Assembly: GCA_030390025.1 (NCBI GenBank)
Contig: CM059425.1
Coordinates: forward strand, 171,866,001 to 171,930,000
From: Squalus acanthias
Taxonomy: Eukaryota
DNA: 64,000 nucleotides
Direction: 5' to 3'
The position numbers and the translations under genes were made by a program. The notes beneath the pieces are model-generated. The model had not been told where the DNA came from. It searched no databases and was given only the letters and a program-made list of their open reading frames with translations. This document shows positions 25,707-39,000 of this stretch, piece by piece (the first letter of the stretch is position 1; each line of letters starts with the position of its first letter).

Positions 25707-25973
25707 TCAGACAGAGTATTGAGTTACCCCACCCAATGTTCCTTTCTGAGGGTGGTAATTAGCAAGCGGTGGTGGGTTCGGGTTTTGTTTGAACATCTTT
25801 GGTGTTCCAATCCAAGTTAATGTTTTCCCTTGTCTGGTTTGCAAATAGTGAATACAAGTCCCAGTTAGACACTGAGGAATTTCCTCATCTGCTCTCAGCT
25901 GCTGACAAACATTTCCTGCAGCTGACAGCAAGACACAGTAAAACTGCAAGTGCTGTGAACTCTGTCCTTCCAG
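25707..25973 (-). CDS. FBXL17: Candidate alternative terminal exon of FBXL17 (63-88 aa tail ending GGVTQYSV*)
   Basis: Unique-sequence ORF 25707..25988. Phase-0 acceptors at ttctttcaag|CTG (25973) and tttgtcagcag|CTG (25898), with a long T-rich tract upstream. AATAAA at 25686-25691 just after the stop, then UTR-like DNA. Confidence 0.5.
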   Translation of the reverse strand: MEGQSSQHLQFYCVLLSAAGNVCQQLRADEEIPQCLTGTCIHYLQTRQGKTLTWIGTPKMFKQNPNPPPLANYHPQKGTLGGVTQYSV

Positions 25974-26694
25974 CTTGAAAGAACACATGAAGCACCAAGT
26001 GGTGCAGGATGAGGAAACAAAACAATACCAATAAAATATTTATGTACACACATGAAAAATAAAATAATAAAATAACACTGGAAAGAGTAAAGTATGATAA
26101 AGAAACAGCAAAAGAACAAAATAAACAGCAACTTCCAGATAAAAGAAATCATACCAAGATTAAAAGCAAAAGAATTCGAAATATGAGCAATACTGACAAA
26201 AAATTCTCACCCCACAATGTGGCATAAATCATTCAGAAAATGGTCAAAATATGTGATGTGTTATTTATTTTGAAGTTATGATATCCCTTATTTTTCCATC
26301 CAAATCTCATCATCTTGGGTCACATTAACTGCAGGCAAGAAAGTGAGCAGTGGCTTGCTCCGAAACTCCTACCACTGCTATTGAACAGGTCAGTCAGAGG
26401 AAAGTAAAAGTAGCCCAGAGATGATACTTGCGATAATTTTCCACTCAATGGCCCCATCATCCTCCATCATGGGGAGGGACTGGATTCTGTCATGTACTCT
26501 GCCGGTAGCTAATTTTCTATCGCTTTGACCCAAATGGCATCCTGCACATAAAATGATGCAGTTCTGCAGGAATTCGTGTGAAGTTGCTCACTGACAAGCA
26601 GACATCAACCAAATGATTCCCTTCAAAGAGAGAGGAATGTCGATGGAGGAATACTTTACACTGAAATATTGATTTACTCCCTTCAAAACTTCTA

Positions 26695-28690
26695 CACAGG
26701 AACAGGAGTAGGCCATTCAGCCCCTTGAGCCTGTTCCGCCATTCAATCAGATAATGGCTGATCTGTACCTCAATGCCATTTACCTGCCTTTGTTCCATAT
26801 CCCTTCATACTCTTACCTAACAAAAATTTATTAATCTCAGCCTTGAAAATTTCAATTGACCCAACATCCACAGCCTTTTGGGGGAGCGAGTTCCAGATTT
26901 CCACTATCCTTTGTGAAAAAGTATTTTTTTTAATTTCATTCCTAAATGGCCTAGCTCTAATTTTAAGGTTATACCCTCTTGTTCTGCATTCCCAGAGGAA
27001 ATTGTTTCTTTTTTCGACCCCATCAACTCCTTTAATCTTTATAAATACCTTGATTTGATTACCCCTCAACCTTCTAAATCTTAAGGGAATACGAATGAAG
27101 TTTATGCAACTTGTCCTCATAATTTAAACCTTTAAGCCCTGGCATCATTCTGGTGAATCTGTGCAGTACTCCTTCCAAGGCCAATATATCTTTCCTGAAG
27201 TTCGATGCCCATCACTGAACATAGTATTCCAGATGGGGTCTGACCAAAGCTCTGTACAATGAACAGTGGAGATGTTTGCTGATGGTTGCACAGTGTTCAG
27301 TTCCATTCGCAACTCCCCAGATAATGAAGCAATCCATGCCCGTATGCAGCAAGACCTGGACGACATTCAGGCTTGGGCTGGTAAGTGGCAGGTAACATTC
27401 GCGCCACACAAGTGCCAGGCAATGACTATCTCCAACAAGCGAGAGTCTAACCACCGCCCCTTGATATTCAACTGCATTACCATCGCCAAATCCCCCACCA
27501 TCAACATCCTGGGAGTCACCATTGACCAGAAACTTAACTGGACCAGCCACATAAATACTGTGGCTACAAGAGCAGATCAGATGCTGGGTATTCTGCGGTG
27601 TGAGTCTCACCTCCTGACTCCCCAAAGCCTTTTCACCATCTACAAGGCACAAGTAAGGAGTGTGATGGAATACTCTCCACTTGCCTGGATAAGTGCAGCT
27701 CCAACAACACTCAAGAAGCTCAACACCATCCAGGACAAAGAAGCCCGCTTGATTGGCACCCCAACCACCACCTTAAACATTCACTCCCTCCACCACCGGC
27801 ACACCATGTCTGCACTGTGTACCATCTACAAGATGCAATGCAGCAACTCGCCAAGGCTTCTTCAACAGCACCTCCCAAACCTGCAACCTCTACCACCTAG
27901 AAGAACAAGGGCAGCAGGCGCATGGGAACACCATCACCTCCAAGTTACACACCATCCTGACTTGGAAATATATCGCCGTTCCTTCATCATCGCTGGGTCA
28001 AAATCCTGGAACACCCTCCCTGACAGCACTGTGGGAGTACCTTCACCACACAAACTACAGCGGTTCAAGGCGGCGGCTCCCCACCACCTTCTCGAGGGCA
28101 ATTAGGAATGGGCAATAAATGCTGGCCTTGCCAGCGACGCCCACTTCCAAGGAACTAATTTAAAAAAATCAGCACTTCCTCACTTTTGAATTCCACCCCC
28201 CTTGAGGAACCAAACATTCCATTAGCCTTTTTGATTACTTTTTATACCTGTGCTCTAGTTTTTAGTGATTTGTGTACAAAGACAGCTAAATCCCTTTGCT
28301 GCTCCACACCTCCGAATCTCTTGCCAGTAAAAAAATACTTCGATCTGAAGTGGATGACTTCACACTTCCCCCACATGGAACACCATCGGCAAAAGCTTTG
28401 CCCACTCGCTGAGTGTGTCTATATCCCTTCGCAACTTCCTGCTCCCGTCTACACAACTTACTGTGCCACATAACTTAGCGTTATTTGCAAACTTAGATAT
28501 ACAATGGTCTAATCCTTCAACCAAGTCATTAATATATATGGTGAAAAGCTAAAAACCCAGTTTCGATCCCTGGGGAACACCACTTGTCACATCCGACCAA
28601 CCAGAGAACATTCCCTTTATCCCGACTTTCTGTCGCTTACATCCCAACCAATTACCAACCCATTTCAAAAGGTTACCTCCAATTCCTTTA
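26695..28690 (-). mobile_element. CR1 LINE 3' part (minus), split by a plus-strand LINE
   Basis: ORF 26770..27120 (FSQRIVEIWNSLPQKAV) and YRALVRPHLEY at 27212-27260; resumes at about 28170 toward the SGVPQG region. Confidence 0.88.
27266..28168 (+). mobile_element. Second LINE family (CR1/Jockey-group RT 3' end), relatively intact
   Basis: 279-aa ORF MFADGCTVF (FADD mutated)...WQVTFAPHKCQAM...YKAQVRSVMEYSPLAW; tail gggcaataaatgctggccttgccagcgacgcccac then A-rich. A tail-only copy lies at about 56670-56775. Confidence 0.9.
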
Positions 28691-31439
28691 ATGCTACCTA
28701 AAATGCAAAGACTTTTTCAAGTTATTAATCTGACAAAAGTGCTCCTTGAATTTGGGAAAATGCTGGAAAATTTTTGGAAGTGTAATTTGATAAGCCTTCC
28801 TTTGTTTGAAATACATAACAATGTGACTGTATTTTAAGACTGAGTCCTACCCAACCTTATATTTTAGCATCACCGCCACCCATGATAATCCTCTTATAAA
28901 TTCAGACTCCCCTCTCTCCGCCCGTCCGCTCCCCCGCTCCCACCATTCTCCTACATCTTTTCCTTCTCCCAAAATTAATTTCCCAGTCCTTTAAGCGCTC
29001 AAATAAACTGAATACTCCAGATCAAAGAAAATCATCTGTACATCATCAGCAAGACCTTTAATTTTGCCTGAACATTAGCTTCACCCATATTCATCCAGCT
29101 TTTATTTGAACCAAGGGTTCTAACCTGTATTTTCAAAACACAAGAGCAGCATGAATTCTCTATTTCCAAAATAATCAAATATAACTCTTTGAACAAAGAA
29201 AACTTCAACTTATGAACCTTTCCCTTATTACTGTTTTAAAATAAATCCACGAGGAGAATTCATGTACAGAACTCAAGTTATAAACAAATAGCATCCTTGG
29301 AACAAACAAAGATTGTGCAAGCTGCTTAGACTTGTAGGTTGAATTATTTTTGCAGGGGTCTCAATTTTGACTTGCTCTCCCCTGATGTCTGTTGATGAAA
29401 TTAGACATGCAAGACATGTTACTGGTGCAGATTGCATACATGTGTAGTTTAAACCTCAAAATACAGAAATGTGTATAATTAGAAAGAACAAGTCATCTAG
29501 TTGGAACCAATACAATGGATGTAATCAGTTTCAAGTTTTTACTTTAAGAAAAATGCTTTTTTTGTGCACCTGAAATTAGCTGATTAACTAACTTCCCCAT
29601 GATATACATTATTTATGAAGAACCACAACTGCTAGTGTTAGACACCTTTTTGTTGTTGGGTTTTGCTTTCTTCCAACATTAAAATTACTGACATTCTACA
29701 CAGAGTATTTTAAAATTACAACAATGGACGTGCAATTTTTCTTGCAGGATTTTCCAGAGAACGGCTGGGTTTTTTTTTTAAGGTCAATGTTCTAAAGTCA
29801 TAATAGAGAAACACAAAGAACCAATGAATAGTTATAAACAAACAGCAGTCTGGGACTTAAGTGACATAATCTAGGCAGCCTATGTTGGTGGGTTTGGCGT
29901 TTTCTTTTGCACACTGCATAGCTGATGTGTCAAAGCCGAAAAGGAAAATAAAACTACACAGAAATGTCTTAATTTTTAAATTGAATCACTAAGTATAAAA
30001 TTAGATTATTGTTCAAACACACTGGAATACTTGCATAGACTGAAACCCCATATGAACACAAGTGGCTTATCTATGTCTTCTATTCGTAACAAGTTGGAAT
30101 ATGTGCCTTAAATCTTGGTTAGGTGCTTCCAACCAACATATATTACTGCTTAATAAAATTCAGAAGCATGTTTTATGCATAACTGACATTGATCCAAATG
30201 CAGCTTTGCACAGATTTCAGGTTCAAATTGGCACAGTGAAAATTTTCCTACTTGTTGCTCCAGACAGGGAGCCTCACTCACCAAAAACTTACCAGAAATT
30301 TGGGTGCACATTGTGCATAATTTCCAACCATTTAAATCAATGGTTGTGAAATGACCCAAAATGCACACCTGAATTTCCAATATGCACTTCAATGGGCGAG
30401 GCTCCTGCGGGGATCACAGTTGAAAAATTACCCTCTGTGGGGATTCTTCACCAGGCTCAGCTCAGTTGTGCATCTAAACTGGTCCAGGCATTATATCCTG
30501 GAAAACCATCAGCACAAGTATGATACACTCAGCGTTTCCGGTCAATTTGGGCAATCATTTACTCTGAAGATGTGGAGGAAGAGTGTTAATAACTACCCGT
30601 GATTCATCTTTTCTTGCTTAAGCTGCGACACTGTGGAATTCCCTTCCTCAATCTAGTGCCGATTCTGCATCTGACAATTCTGTTCAGAGCTTTAAGAGAG
30701 GACTAGTTATTTATTGAGCACTTAATGATGTGCTGTCTGTTACAACAGTAATTTAGCATCAATTTGTAATTCACCATTTTGCAAATTGTGGTTCAAATTT
30801 AAAAAAAGTGAAAGCATGCACTGGCTAGAACCTCAACTGTCCTGTCTCGCAAAAGTTGGAAATTTCAATGCTAAGAGACCGAGCTGAAGAGAATCCTTGC
30901 TCTCTAGACATTTAAATTAAGGTCCGGTACAATCATAAGCACTTTGAAAACTAGATTTCCGAATGCACGGGATTTACAGTTCAAGTGTTTTCAGTAAAAG
31001 ACTATCCCCTGCAGGGATCGCATTCTGCTTTGATCCGGTCTTAGTAAACTGGCAAACCTAGGGCCTAAACTATCAGGACGAAAATGGAATTGCTTTGCAT
31101 CAATGCCAAACTAGCCAAGTGAATGCACCATTAAAAAAATAACAATTTTTGTACTTCGTTCTGAGATTTATTTCCATACACCATTTTGTAGCAGAGAAAC
31201 AGGAGCAGATTACCTGCTCCTAGATGTCTGCCAATTTGTTCTGTAACCAGTTGCTAGGAGACATGCAACAGTGGCCGAGATTGTAAAGCAGCAAGTAAAA
31301 AATTGTAGGGACTAACTTGCATCTCTTAACCCCAAGGTACAATTCGTTTGAACAAGAACATCTAATATTATACTTACGAATGAATTCCAAATTTTATAAA
31401 AATGTAATTCTTGGCTGGTGTTTTCTTTTTCTTTTAGAT

Positions 31440-31957
31440 TCTGTCATATCAACGGCACTTTAAGCAAAAGCAAAGCTTTGGCAGCAGCGTGGCATGGAGT
31501 TTTAGCGGACTAACACTCAATGCCATGGAACAGGGACGAACACAGGTTCAAAACCCACTCAGTTTGCAATTGGAGCAGTGTTGTGTAAGGGGACAGAACA
31601 AAGACACTGCATCTCAGGAGAAAGGAAAATTTAAGAGATTAACATCTCGTCTGTCTGGAAGGGCAGTTGCATGGGTCTTTGGCAGCAGTGGAGCAGGCTA
31701 CTGCCCACCTCTTAGCTTCAAAGAGGTCAGGATATGCAGGTTTTTAAAAAAAAACCAAGGTGAAGGGTCAAAGTCTAGCGCTCAGGATAGCGATAAGCTG
31801 GATAACGATATTGACGATGAGGCAAAATAAGGACATTTTGATTGAACACCAAGCTTAGGTATTTAATGCCTGGAGATTGGTAGGAGGAAGTAAAGATGGT
31901 ACGCGATAAGGAGTTCCAGTTTTGAGGTCCTGGAAAAGGACAAGTTACTTACGGACA
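31440..31957 (-). mobile_element. Degenerate LINE 3' end and 3' UTR
   Basis: Minus strand SFSRTSKL(W)NSL-like ORF2 end near 31900-31950, followed by UTR-like repeat. Confidence 0.45.
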
Positions 31958-32620
31958 TATGAACAATGACTGACATGTAAAGACCCTCTGATCCATCGTG
32001 TCTGTCCCACACAATTGCGATACCTTGTGTATCACAATATATACTCTGCACCCCACCCAAAACCATGTGATCTCCTGGGCGAGGCGAAAAACCAGATTAA
32101 AAAAACCCTGGCCAATTTGGGGGGAAAAAATCTGGGAAATTCCTCTCAGACCCATCTAGATGATCGAAACTAGTCCAGGAGATAATTCTGGCCCCGAATT
32201 CCCTACAGTGCCTACCTTCTGTAAGAGGTGATCTCTGCCCCAGCCAGAAACAAGTCCAGCTCTCGCTTGAAGGAATTCAGCGAATTAGCATCACTGCACG
32301 GGACAGTAGCCTGTTCCAGAGGTCCACTGGGAAAAGAACCACCTCCTGACATCTAACCTAGATCTAGCCTTATACAACTTAAATTTGTGACCCCGGTCCT
32401 CCCTAATCTATTTAATTGGAACAAACAGTCAGCTGGAACATAATCTAGTCCCTTCAATACCTTATAAACCTCAATCAGACCACTTCTAAGTCTACGCATT
32501 TCGAAAGGGGAAGAGTCCCAACTCTTTTAGCCCATCTTGATAACGAAGATGTTTTAAACTGGGAATTAGTCTTTTGGCCCTCCTCTGCACCCTTTCCAAA
32601 GCCTCAGTAACCCCCACGGC
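31957..32620 (-). mobile_element. CR1 LINE 3' end
   Basis: Reverse complement includes gacttagaagtggtctgattgaggtttataag, gggtcacaaatttaag and tggaacaggctac (LIEVYK / GHKFK / WNRL). Confidence 0.75.
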
Positions 32621-33415
32621 ATTTTAAACAGTGATAAAGCCCCAAGCTGGCCCACGACACCAGCTCATACTGAAATCAATGGAACTGATCCAAGAGGCAT
32701 GCAGTTTGCCTTAGTAACCATTTCACTGGAGTGGCTTGGAAAGAGAGTGAGAACATGCAATGATCAAAAATATTCAATTCAATTATTTACAAAATATCTC
32801 CTCTGTTTTGTTTTAAAATATTTGAATACTGGGAGCAGAAATCAAAACATCTTGGTTTACAGTCTATATACCAACACAATCACTCAGTGCTATCAGCAAC
32901 AGTACTTGGCTTCGAGATCAATCAAGAAATGGAAGTGCTAACACAAGATTATGGACAGAAACTCTTAATTTTGAAGTTTCTATTCTGAACACTTCAATAC
33001 AACAAATGGCACACTTGTTTACTACCTTTTTGGACAATGGGTAACTGAGCTATGGCCTAAGGGTTTACGACATTTATTACAGCACACCATCCATCACAAA
33101 GACAATGCAAAATAAATTATTTTTGGTTAAAAAAGTAGCACATTTTTGATTTCTTTTTTAAATTGGGAGGGGGTACATCATTGAGGTTTTTTTTCTACGT
33201 GATTAGGTAATACAATGGAAAGGATTTGTCTATTTCCAGATTAACCAATACTATGGAGGTGAGTAGGTAATTTGTACATTTAATGTCCTAAATGTCCATC
33301 CTCTTCAGTTTCCTACATGTCCCAAAAGTATATAGGGAATTAAAATAGGAGATGAGACCTGCATCAATAATAGGCAAAGGGATTTGAATATCCCCTCTAA
33401 ACATATGCAACTCAC

Positions 33416-33471
33416 CCTCTCACATCGCGGACACTGGCCAAGTGACAGGATATGCAGTAGCAAATATGCAG
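33416..33471 (-). CDS. Candidate 56-nt frame-shifting cassette (poison) exon
   Basis: aaatccccttctgcag|CTG CAT ATT ... GTG AGA GG|gtgagt; strong acceptor and donor; open in phase 0 (LHICYCISCHLASVRDVR). Confidence 0.4.
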
Positions 33472-34179
33472 CTGCAGAAGGGGATTTAAATGTTCATAGA
33501 AATACCACAGGGCATGACACCTGGTTTTGCCCATGCGAATGAATGCAAGAACATAAAAGAGAATCATAGAATTTACAGCACAAAAGGGGATCATTCAAAC
33601 CGCTGAGCCTGTGCCAATACTAGTTCTTCAACTGGAATTCTCTCATTTAACTCCATTTCCCTACCTTTTCTCCATATCCCTTTATGTTGTAAAACACACA
33701 AACATGGAACGGCTAGTTGTGTAAACTTGCTCATGAACAGAAGAAAGTTGGTTTTAAAATAACTCAACAGAATTGAAGCAGCTGCAACATATAATTGAAA
33801 TGGCTGTACAGTACACGTCAAATGCAAAGCTGCTTATGTGTTTGAAAACTAAATGTACTTCAGCAGAAGATCAATCTTTAGAATTGAGAAATATTTCCAA
33901 GCAGTCTTCTGATATATTTCTTCCCTCTGCATTTTTTCATTACGGAGTCATACACTTCAGAGGAAGTTTTGTTCTCATGAGAACAAAACGTTAACAAACA
34001 CAGTGCTAGTGGTCCAAAGCCACATGTCACAATTTCAAAAAGTCCCAGCAGACCTTCACACTTGAGTTTTTCTAGCTGGAAAACATCACAAATTATTCCT
34101 CTGGGAAGGGGGGAAAACTGGCTAAGGAAGGGTCTGTGGAATGCTACAGTAGTCCTTATGGTGTGTTGACCAGGAAGGA

Positions 34180-34354
34180 TCATTGATTATAATCAGTGAT
34201 AATGTCTGCCAGCTGACCCACTTCATTCTCTTGAATGAAGGCTGCTGAGATAGAACGCCAAACAGACTCTTCAATTGAGTTGTGACCGTCTTTCCTTGGA
34301 ACACAATGCACCACAGTTCTGGCTATTGGCTCACGGACAGACCCAATCATGAGC
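34180..34354 (-). CDS. Candidate alternative terminal exon
   Basis: Strong acceptor cactttgtaccctttttgcag|G. Phase-2 frame gives LMIGSVREPIARTVVHCVPRKDGHNSIEESVWRSISAAFIQENEVGQLADIITDYNQ*; phase 0 gives AHDWVCP*. Confidence 0.3.
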
Positions 34355-35759
34355 CTGCAAAAAGGGTACAAAGTGACCAAGTCAACTTGCGCATTCTGTC
34401 CCCCTCTGTACTCATGAAAGCAACACTGTCCAGTTGAATGGTCCCTTCTGCACTGTAAAGTCCATGATTTTATTTTATGCTTTCAAATGCACTAACATGG
34501 ACTAAAAGAGGATTTGTGACCGATAGTCTAATCAACAGCAGTTACATAAAATACTAAAAAAAAATGAATACAGTCCATAAACAATATTTCCTTCAGTAGC
34601 AGAATACAGTTAGCCATCTTCATTACAAACTCATGGAAAGCAACTAAGCTCTCATAAGATGTTCATCTGGTGAAAGATTTAATTTCTTTTCTGAATGAGA
34701 CAGCTTGGTTTGGGACTTGTTTCAAAGAGAAGTTCAATTACTTTGTGTTGCTTATATAAACTCTGCAGAGGATGCCTGTTCAGCACTTGCTGCTCCCAAT
34801 CGGTCAATGAACAAAACAGTAACAAAGAGCAAATAGAAATAAAAACAGAAAATGTTTGATGATTAACAGCTGAAAACAAAAATAAAAATTAACATTTGAC
34901 ATATGACCCTTCATCAGAAAAAAGTAGATACAGTAAAATAAACCTGGTTAGATTATTTTAGTTCATAGAGGGCTGTAACTAACATACATGGGAAAGTGAG
35001 GTCGAATTTAACATTTGCCTTCTTCTCCTCGGGTAGGTAGAAAGAGAAAGAGAAATGAATTACTGAAATACATTACATCTTTGTCAGAATCTAGAGATAT
35101 TTTAAGAGGGAAGCACAAAATCCTTTCACTCATTTTAAATTACCAACATCAGATGCTCATTTCAGAAGAGAAGGGCCTCACTGATGTTATACAACTTCTA
35201 GCAAAATCAAACCAAATCATTTACATTTTTAAAGACATGCAAGTTACCAAGATAAAATTCTAATTTTGCCAACTTCTCTCATCAATCACAAAATAAAATT
35301 CCACACACTTTCCCAGTTGTGCAGGCAGACCCAGCTGATAACTCGGATGATCGTATTACGATGTTAATTGCAATGACTCCAATTGTACTGCCTGGTTGAG
35401 ATGTCCATCAACAATAACTCTTCACTGCCAAGTTATCAATCAGCAACTGACACTGTAGCTGTCAAGTACAATTGGCATGACTGCTAATAATCGGACATTG
35501 AGCCTAGCTGAATTAGACCTATAGATTTGTTTGGTTGCAGTCAAATAGTCAAAAAAAAAAGCACTGGCAAAGGAGAGTAATGCAGTTCAAGCAGTATCAA
35601 TGGTTGATTACAAGCATATGGTCAAAATCCAAGATCCACGACTATCACTTCCACCAAATTGAAATAAGTTGAAGTGTGTCAATTCTCAGCTAGCCCAATA
35701 GGTGGAGCACTCTCTAGCACTTCCATCTCACCAGAAGGAGGGAAAAAAGTAAACTCAAG

Positions 35760-36450
35760 ATCACACAAGATTGCGGTTCGGCAGGCCATTCAGCCCATCT
35801 TAATTTATTCATCCATCTATCTATCCAGAAGCATCCTTAAGTCTCCCATTTTAGCATTCAATTGTTTCTTTAACAATTGCAGGATTTTTCCCTCCACTAT
35901 TCCATCTAGAAGCCTATTCCACATGATCACTTTGTGTGAAGAATTTCATGAGATCAGTCCTAAAATTACATTTTACTCGTGTGAACTTCTGTCCTAGTTC
36001 TACTCCTGCAATTTAATTTAAAGTGATACTCATGGTTTTCTTTTTCCATTCTCTTAGCAAACTTACAAATGTCTTTTAACATCTCCTATCTTAGATTAAA
36101 ATCAAAGTCTCTCCAGTCTTTACTCATAACTCAGACCCACTGGGGAGCAACATCATGCCTCTTCTCTGCACTGCCTCCAGTGTTTGAGTGTCTCCCTTCT
36201 TTCTTGGCAACCGGAACCAGACACAGTAGTCTGGCCAAGGTACTATAAAATTTAATCACTACATGCTCTGCTTTGGCTCGGTACTTCTTCATTCTACTGG
36301 TTTTGTTGATTGTTACTCAGCATTGGTTGGACATGTTTAGCACTTGGTCTATAAACATTCCTAGGTCTCTTTCAACTTCAACATTAACTGGTTTGACACC
36401 ATTCATGAGTACTTAGGTCACCAAGCTTTCCTTTCTATGTGCAGCACTTG
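35760..36450 (-). mobile_element. Old CR1 LINE 3' fragment
   Basis: caggccattcagccc tail and cttctctgcactgcctccag (LEAVQRR on minus). Confidence 0.6.
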
Positions 36451-36794
36451 ACAAAACTGCAACCATATTATCTGTCAGTCAATTCAAAAGGCAGATTTAA
36501 GAACTTCAGCTCTTTCAGTGAGTCTAACATGGGTCAAAGACCAAATATACATAAACTCAGAAAATTAGGAAACAAATTAATAGAAATTATATCGAAGTAA
36601 AAATTAACTCATCACAAAATGAGAAAACGTACCATCCTTTCAACATTTAAAAATGCCTGAGATAAATCAAAAGCAATTTTATCCTTTGACATATACATCA
36701 GCATTTCATTATTAAAAAATGTCAATGTAAAAAAAATTACACTGTCCCTTCAGTCAAAGTTTGCAAAGACAGGCCTAATGTAATACAAGTTTAA

Positions 36795-37760
36795 AAAATG
36801 ATAATGAAGAAAATAATGAGACTTAAGATACACAAATCTCCAGGACCTGATGGTTTCCACCTCAGGGTATTAATAGCAATAGGTGAGGAAATTGCAGATG
36901 CGTTGGTCATAATTTTACAAAGCTCTCTAAACTCCAGAATCGTGCCTTTGAATTGGAAAATCGCGAATGTCACTCCATCATTTAACAAGGGAGGGAGGGA
37001 GAAACAAAACAACTACAGACCTGTCAGTTTAACACCAATTGTTATGTACTGGATTCTCTCATCAGAGTGACTGAGGACATGGACAAGTAAAATAGAAAGA
37101 CTTGCACTTATATAGTGTCTTTCACAACCTCAAAACATCACAAAACAGTTTACAGCCAATGAAGTACTTTTTAAGTCTAGTCACTGTTGTAATGTAGCAA
37201 ACGCGGCAGCCAATTTGCACACAGAAAGCTCCCAAAAACAGCAATGTGATAATGAGCAGTTAATCTGTTTTTAGTTTTGTTGGTTTTGGGTTACTGGCCT
37301 TGGAGGGGGTACAGCGCCAATTCACCAGACTGATACCAGGGCTTGAAGGGTGTCAATTATGAGGTCAGGTCGCATAAACTTTGCTTGTGTTCCCTTGAGT
37401 TTAGATGGTTGTTGGGTAATTAAAATGATTAAGGGATTAAATAAGATAGACACAGAAAAACCCATACCCTTTGGTGGGGGAATCCAGAACAAGGCGGCAC
37501 AACCTTAAAGCTAGAGGTAGACCATTTGGGTGTCAAATCAGGAAGCAGTTGTGGAAATCTGGAACTCGCTCCCCCAAAAGGTTGCGGAAACTGGATTAAT
37601 TGAAATCTTCAAGATTGAGATCGATAGATTTTTGTTAGATAAGGGTATCAAGAGATATGGTTCAAAGGCAGGGTAAAATGGATTTGAGGTACAGATCAGC
37701 CATGATCTGACTGAAAGGTGGAACAGGCTCCAGGGGCTGAATGGCCTACTCGTTTCTATC
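36795..37760 (+). mobile_element. CR1 fragments with a nested minus-strand Deu SINE 3' part (about 37095-37290)
   Basis: ORF 36798..37070 KSPGPDGFHLRVL...WKIANVTP...NYRPVSLT; CR1 tail near 37690-37760. Confidence 0.85.
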
Positions 37761-38569
37761 GGAAGGACATAAAACTAAAGGTATACATTTGTAATCAAAA
37801 TCTATTTTGATCAATACCTTGTAATGGACACTACATTTGACAATTGGAATATAATATTGACTGTGATTGATAGATTATAGTTCCAAAAAAGCATTATAAA
37901 GCATTCAACTAAGTAGCTGTAGAATCAAGGTCAAGGCTATAATAACAAAAGTGAAAGCAGTTCTGTCTAACATTTGCTGCACACTCATAAGAGACATTGA
38001 TTTTTTTTCGAGCTTGTACTGTCGTATGACAAATTGATTTTCTTGAAAGCATAGGAGTGCCTGTCATTCATCAATCAAACAAGTAAGCCTTTCATACAAA
38101 ACAATAGTTTTCGGCATTGTCTTGTGCAGTGCTACGCAAAAGAAAATCTACTTCGAATGAAGGAAGATTTCCTCTGTTATGCATAGAAAGAACGTGAACA
38201 CCTTTATGATCTGACGTTCGCGATTTCACTGTACATAATGCAAAACAAATCTTCCCAATTTATAGTTTATTGTGAATAATCCTATTCAGTGTTATCACTA
38301 AAATGTCAGCATAGGTTAATGGTGGAATTTTCCTACTATACCTACCGGAGGAGTTTAAAAAACCCACAAGTACAATTGTAGATTTTATCCTTTCTATCCT
38401 GTATTTTGTCTGAAGCGAGCATATAAGAATGACGTACGAGTGGCTACAACTGGTAGCGGTGGGAGCTACTTGTGCTCATGAAATAACAGCATCACACAAG
38501 CAACATACTGCAGAAATTCAATGCATAGTGACTGAAATTTGATTTTTCTTATTGTAACCAGCAAGAAAC

Positions 38570-39000
38570 AACTAACTTGCATATATATTTGACACTCAGA
38601 GCATCTCAAAAGCATTTCACAGATAATGAATTATTTTCAAAGTGTAGTCCTGGTTATGAAGGCAAATACAGCAGCCACTTTACACACATCCAGGTTCCAC
38701 AAACATCAAATAATGTACATGACCAGATCATCTGTTTTGGTGATGTTGGTTGAAGGACAAATGTTACCCAAGATACCAGGAAAACTTCCTACTCTTCTTC
38801 AAAAAAGTGCCAGATGATATTTTACATCCACCTGAACAAGCAGCTGTGCTCTCAGTTTAACATTTCATCCTGTAGGCTGCATGTTCAACAATGCAGCATG
38901 TACTCAGTACTGCACAATATTGTGTGCTCAAATCCTGGAGTTGGGCTTGAACCCACAACCTCCTGGCTCAGAGTCGAGTCATTAAACCAAGCTGTCAATT
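38570..39000 (-). mobile_element. Deu-domain SINE, near full length, diverged
   Basis: Tail acttgcatatata at left; head gggcttgaacccacaacc...ctcaga at right. Confidence 0.75.

Noticed and set aside
27212..27652. 146-aa minus-strand ORF
   Set aside because: Antisense shadow of the plus-strand LINE RT, fused to a few CR1 codons.
34885..34920. Hammerhead ribozyme core (CTGATGA AGGGTC on minus) in a Penelope tail remnant
   Set aside because: Helix II cannot form and the GAAA box is mutated (gtcaaat). The similar relics near 46100-46150 are also broken, and the 17.2-19.8-kb Penelope is truncated before its hammerhead.
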